From assembly GCA_964574335.1 (NCBI GenBank), contig CAZNNH010000001.1:2928-66927 (forward strand): 64,000 bases of DNA, read 5' to 3'. Origin of the DNA: an uncultured Acidobacteriota bacterium. GTDB lineage: Bacteria > Acidobacteriota > Vicinamibacteria > Fen-336. The stretch's first letter is position 1. The number at the start of each line of letters is the position of its first letter. The translations under genes and the position numbers were made by a program. Shown piece by piece: positions 60,100-64,000 of the stretch. The notes under the pieces were generated by a model. That model was not told the DNA's origin. It did no database searches and saw only the letters and a list, made by a program, of their open reading frames with translations.

Positions 60100-60597
60100 A
60101 TGAGAAACGTCGCCCTGATGCTGGGAGCCACCCTCGGCCTCAGCCTTCTTGTCACCCCGGCCCCCGCCGCTGAGGTGCCCGCGGCCGTCGCCGAGAACCT
60201 GAACCGCGCGACCGAGCTACTGCTCGGCGAGCACCCGACGGAGTCGCAGCTTCAGCAGGGGTTCCTGCACCTGCTCGACGCCGTGCCCCTCGTCGTCCCC
60301 CAGGGGACGACAGCCCCCGAATGGCTGTCGAAGCTGGGCGAGGCTCAGGCTCTTGTTGAGAAGGGCTCGCCGGTCGAGCCACGAGCGGTGGCGCTGCTGA
60401 ACGACTGCTACCGCGAGACCCATGGCGGCGAGGGGTTCCGGATGCCGCCGTCGGTTGACTCGATCGTCGATGCGCGAGAGCAGATCCGGCTCTGGCTCGG
60501 TTCGGTGCCCGGGCTGGTGACGGCCGGTGACGGCGACGAGGCGGCGCGGCGCCTGCTCGAGGCGGCCGCCGCGATCGTGACGCCGATGGAGCGGTGA
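60100..60597 (+). CDS. Secreted hypothetical protein
   Basis: RBS AGGAGGAG, signal peptide, helical. Confidence 0.7.
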   Translation: MRNVALMLGATLGLSLLVTPAPAAEVPAAVAENLNRATELLLGEHPTESQLQQGFLHLLDAVPLVVPQGTTAPEWLSKLGEAQALVEKGSPVEPRAVALLNDCYRETHGGEGFRMPPSVDSIVDAREQIRLWLGSVPGLVTAGDGDEAARRLLEAAAAIVTPMER

Positions 60598-60609
60598 CGT
60601 CGGGCGCCG

Positions 60610-61197
60610 ATGGTCGTAGCATGGCGGCACGAGGCAGCCGGGACGCTGCGGGTGGCCGACACGAGATCCTTCGATCGGGAGGCGGAGTTCGAGCGGCTCG
60701 TGCTGCCGCTCAAGGACCGGATGATGCGTACCGTGTGGCGTGTGACCCGTGACCCGGAGCTGGCGGAGGACGCCTTCCAGGAAGCGCTGCTGACCACCTG
60801 GCGGAAGCTCCCCCAGGTCGCCGCCCACCCGAATCCGCCAGCGCTGGTGCTGCGTCTGTGCCTGGACGCAGCCGTCGATCAGCTTCGCGCACGCCGCCGT
60901 CGGCGCCGCTTCTCGACGCCCCTCGAGAAGGAGGGCGTCGACGGCGGGGCGCTCTCGCCCGAGCGCGCTGCCGAGCGGGCCGAGCACACCGCCCTGGTCT
61001 TGGACGCGCTGGGGCGCCTTCAGGGGCGGCAGGCCAGCGCGCTGCTGCTCCGCGCCGTTCACGAGGAGCCCTACGCCACGATCGCCGAGGCCCTCGGCTG
61101 CAGCGAGCCGACGGCCCGCGTCCACGTGTTGCGTGCCCGCCAGAAGCTGCGACGCTGGCTCGCGCCGCTGGGCCTGCTGCGCGCCAAGGAGACGTGA
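60610..61197 (+). CDS. ECF sigma-70 factor
   Basis: AEDAFQEALL, region 4 YATIAEALGCSEPTARVHVLRAR. Confidence 0.9.
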   Translation: MVVAWRHEAAGTLRVADTRSFDREAEFERLVLPLKDRMMRTVWRVTRDPELAEDAFQEALLTTWRKLPQVAAHPNPPALVLRLCLDAAVDQLRARRRRRRFSTPLEKEGVDGGALSPERAAERAEHTALVLDALGRLQGRQASALLLRAVHEEPYATIAEALGCSEPTARVHVLRARQKLRRWLAPLGLLRAKET

Positions 61198-61198
61198 C

Positions 61199-61819
61199 AT
61201 GAGCCGACCCGAGCGTCCTCTGGACCCCGACAGCCGGGCCGACCGGTTGCTGCGCGAGAGCCTGCCCGATGACTTGCCCGCGGATCTCGAGGCCCGGCTG
61301 GCGGAGAGGCTGCAGGCCTTCGTGCTCTCGAAGCGCCAGACGCGGTCGCACGAGAGCCGGCTCCGGGTGCTGGTCCCGCGGCCCTACGCGCGCGGGGCGC
61401 TGGCCGTAGCGGCAACGCTGCTGCTGGCCTGGGGTCTGGGGCTGCAGGCCGCCGCCGCTCCCGGCGCGGCCGACCAGCCAGTCCGGCGCATCAACCTCAC
61501 GGTTTCGCTGTTCCGGGTGCTGCAGGGCGTCTCATCGCTCCCATGCGCGGGCATGCGCGACAGGGCGCTCGACTCGCCGGCCGCGCTGGCCGACGCCGTC
61601 TACCGACGATGGGTGCCCGAGGGCACCCGAACCGGGCCCCCGCGAACGCTGGTGGCCACCTATCGGTCGACCGATCCGGCCACCGTGTACGAGCTCGTCC
61701 TCGACGACGCCACGCTGCTGCCGCTCCAGGTGCGCAGGCGCGGGGGGTCGGCGCCGGCGGGCCAGGCCACATGCTCCTGGTCGGTGCTGGGAGCGACTGA
61801 CGGAGGTGAGCCACGATGA
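61199..61819 (+). CDS. Putative anti-sigma factor (single TM)
   Basis: Starts 1 nt after the sigma stop; LP.DL..RL segment, one TM, periplasmic domain. Confidence 0.6.
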   Translation: MSRPERPLDPDSRADRLLRESLPDDLPADLEARLAERLQAFVLSKRQTRSHESRLRVLVPRPYARGALAVAATLLLAWGLGLQAAAAPGAADQPVRRINLTVSLFRVLQGVSSLPCAGMRDRALDSPAALADAVYRRWVPEGTRTGPPRTLVATYRSTDPATVYELVLDDATLLPLQVRRRGGSAPAGQATCSWSVLGATDGGEPR

Positions 61820-62754
61820 CGGCGGAGACCCGCCTGTCCCCGATGGGGCCTGCCGCACGGGGCCGCGAGGCGCTGCTCCTCGTTCTCTGGACCGCCGCCG
61901 CAACCGGATCCCCGTTCGCGCCGGCCCTGGCGAGCGGCCTCCTGCTGGTCCTGCTCGGCGTCCTGCTGCTCGCGCTGCTGCCCTCCGCCGGTGCGGTGCG
62001 CGTCACCCTCGGCGCTCGGAGCGCGTGGGAGAACGTCTCCCGCCTCTCGTGGACCACGGGCGTGGTGGCCGCGTTCGTCCTCGTCGTGCGCGCGCTCGGG
62101 CTCTCCGGCGGCGGGATCGAGGCCATCGCCACCGGCATGGCGCTGGCTTTCGTCCCCGCGTTGGCGGGGCTCGCGCTGGCGGGACTCTCGATCGCGGTCG
62201 CCTTCCGGCTACCGTCGCCCTCCGACCCGCCGCCGCCCGGGGCAGCCCCGGCTGCCTGGCCCGCCTGGCTCGGTCGGCTGCTCTTCCTCTGGCTGGTCGC
62301 CTGTGCCGCGCTCCTCCCTCGCCTCGGCCACGACAAGGTGCCGTTCGAGCCGCGGGAGTGGCTGCTCCACGGGCCGGCCCTGCTCTCCCTGGCGGGAGCG
62401 ACCCTGGCCCTTCTGCTCCTGTTCGGGCGCGCCTGGAGGCGGCTCGCACCGGTCGCCCTGGCGCTGGCCGGGGCCCTGGCGGGGCTGGTCGGCCTGGTCC
62501 AGGCCCTCCTGGGCATGGCCCACGTGAGCATCGCCCAGGTGACGGCGGGGACCCAGTCGATCACCACGGCCTGCTTCGTCTCGCTCGTGGCACTGGCCCT
62601 GCTGTCGGTCTCGCCTTCGGAGACGGACGGCGCTCGGGGCAACGGGGCGCGGACGGCCGTCAACGTCGCCCACGCACTGTTTCCGCTGGTCTGCTTGCTC
62701 CTGCTGGCGGTCCAGGTCATCATCATCATCACGCCGATGACGGTCCCGCTCTAG
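61816..62754 (+). CDS. Multi-TM membrane protein with duplicated halves
   Basis: ATGA overlap; two similar units (…GIEAIATGMA… / …SIAQVTAGTQSI…), reminiscent of MotA/TolQ/GldL-type segments. Confidence 0.6.
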   Translation: MTAETRLSPMGPAARGREALLLVLWTAAATGSPFAPALASGLLLVLLGVLLLALLPSAGAVRVTLGARSAWENVSRLSWTTGVVAAFVLVVRALGLSGGGIEAIATGMALAFVPALAGLALAGLSIAVAFRLPSPSDPPPPGAAPAAWPAWLGRLLFLWLVACAALLPRLGHDKVPFEPREWLLHGPALLSLAGATLALLLLFGRAWRRLAPVALALAGALAGLVGLVQALLGMAHVSIAQVTAGTQSITTACFVSLVALALLSVSPSETDGARGNGARTAVNVAHALFPLVCLLLLAVQVIIIITPMTVPL

Positions 62755-62885
62755 CCTGCGGCGCCCGCGACGCCCTGGAAGGCCGGTGCCTGCTCATCCC
62801 ACAGCGCAGACGTCGTCTGCTTGATCGGACCCGCCCGCAGGAGACCCGCGCCTTGGCGGCCTGATGCTCTCTTTCGATCGCATCC

Positions 62886-63401
62886 TCAGGCCAGAGAAGG
62901 GCCCGAATCCGGGAAGGACTTCGCGTACCAGGCCAGGTAGTCGTGGGCCCAGGCCGTCCACTCGCGCACGTCTCGGTTCGGATCGAGATCCGCCGGCGAC
63001 AACGCATGAACGCGTCTGCGATAGTGAGGCACCCACCGCATGATGGCCAGGACAACCCGGAACATGAATCGAATGAGGCGGACTTCACGGGCCGAAATCG
63101 TAGGTGCCCCGGCGGCCAGTGCGCGTTCCACGTAGAGCTTCGCCGTGTGGGGATCTCCCGTAGTGACGCAGGCTCGCGCCATGGTTCGAAGTGCCAGGAA
63201 GTCATCAGGCGCGGCCGCGACAGCCTTCATTGCTGTCGCGAGAGCCTGACTCTGTTGACCCTGCCGCTCCTGGCACTGGGCCAGCATCGAGAGAGCGAAG
63301 GCTCGCGCCGGGTCGTGTGCCGCCACCTGCTGGTAGCAGTCGGCGGCGCCGGCGTAGTCGCCGCACCCGAACCGCCGCGCGGCCTCGGCGTTCAGGCGCA
63401 T
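62886..63401 (-). CDS. TPR-repeat protein (cassette-like)
   Basis: GDYAGAADCYQQVAAHDP...ALSMLAQC...KAVAAAPDD TPR pattern. Confidence 0.7.
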   Translation of the reverse strand: MRLNAEAARRFGCGDYAGAADCYQQVAAHDPARAFALSMLAQCQERQGQQSQALATAMKAVAAAPDDFLALRTMARACVTTGDPHTAKLYVERALAAGAPTISAREVRLIRFMFRVVLAIMRWVPHYRRRVHALSPADLDPNRDVREWTAWAHDYLAWYAKSFPDSGPSLA

Positions 63402-63533
63402 GAAGTGCAGCACCGGGTGCGCCCCCCTTGGCTCATCGAGGGCTCAGACTGAAGTGCGCCGAGCGCTCCGCTCCGAGGACGACTGCGCCCGCTCCTTCAC
63501 GACGCGCCCACTGCAGAGCCTGGAGCCAGTCGG

Positions 63534-63770
63534 TCACAGAGCGAGGTCCTCCAGCCGGGTCCCTCGACCCGCACGGATGGCCTCTCGCGCCTGGCGGATC
63601 TGGCGCAGGAACTCCGGATGGTTCTCGAGCCGGTACTCGAACCAGTCCTCCTCCGACCGGAACCCGATCAGGACTCCAGCGGGCCGGCCGTGTCGGGTGA
63701 TCACGATCTCCTCGCCGGCGGCCAGCTTCAGGTACCGCGAGAAATCATCCTTCATCTTCGCCAGCGCCAC
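63534..63770 (-). CDS. Phd/YefM-family antitoxin
   Basis: VALAKMKDDFSRYL..A.GEEIVITRHGRPAGVLIGF...EDW.EY.LE..P.FL. Confidence 0.9.
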   Translation of the reverse strand: MALAKMKDDFSRYLKLAAGEEIVITRHGRPAGVLIGFRSEEDWFEYRLENHPEFLRQIRQAREAIRAGRGTRLEDLAL

Positions 63771-64000
63771 CCGGCGTGGCTGGGATGCCCTCTTGCGCGA
63801 GCCAGGCGTTGGCCTGCTCTTTGGTGACGATGGCGAGGACTTCGACCGTCGTTTCTGTGACGTCATAGAACACCCTGATCTCATTGACCCGGAGCCGATA
63901 CTGGGGCCGGTCCAGACCGCGCAGGCGCTTGATGCGGCTCCGGCTCAGCTTGGACGGCTCGTGCCGCAGATACAGGTCGATGGCATCCCGGACGCCTCGC
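63745..64000 (-). CDS. RelE/ParE-family toxin, 5'-partial
   Basis: Frame reads RGVRDAIDLYLRHEPSKLSRSRIKRLRGLDRPQYRLRVNEIRVFYDV...VLAIVTK...*. Confidence 0.85.
   Translation of the reverse strand, partial: RGVRDAIDLYLRHEPSKLSRSRIKRLRGLDRPQYRLRVNEIRVFYDVTETTVEVLAIVTKEQANAWLAQEGIPATPGGAGEDEG

Overview
This is a very GC-rich bacterial chromosomal segment. The gene repertoire (class GN sortase system, collagen/beta-helix secreted proteins, GTCATCCTGAG-type palindromes) suggests an Acidobacteriota-like organism, but that is inference only. Most of the window is accessory metabolism and envelope genes: two radical SAM genes, two ECF sigma/anti-sigma units, GH97, GH3, CocE, amidohydrolase, M3 peptidase, a two-component system with an RND efflux locus, a P-type H+-ATPase, and a sortase with its VIT/vWA target. 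Highlight 1: a two-gene operon of large membrane/TPR/C39-peptidase-like proteins at 42.3-47.5 kb. The catalytically intact member has an in-frame TGA (context F-T-*-G-C) followed after exactly 11 nt by a GAGGCC-GGUC-GGCCUC hairpin, i.e. a canonical-looking bacterial SECIS. This makes it a candidate new selenoprotein paired with an apparently inactive paralogue. Highlight 2: an integron at 53.5-59.8 kb of the inverted-integrase type (intI points into the array), with a nonsense-inactivated intI, a likely attI, 4-5 increasingly eroded attC sites and about 8 cassette ORFs. Probable relic cassettes also lie at 9.6-12.2 kb and 62.9-64 kb. Highlight 3: a deleted DUF692/DUF2063 (MNIO-type) cluster next to a sigma/NrsF pair. 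There are also several REP/REPIN-like palindromes and a number of pseudogenes. No rRNA, tRNA or CRISPR array was seen. All family assignments are from motif recognition by eye; no database searches were run.
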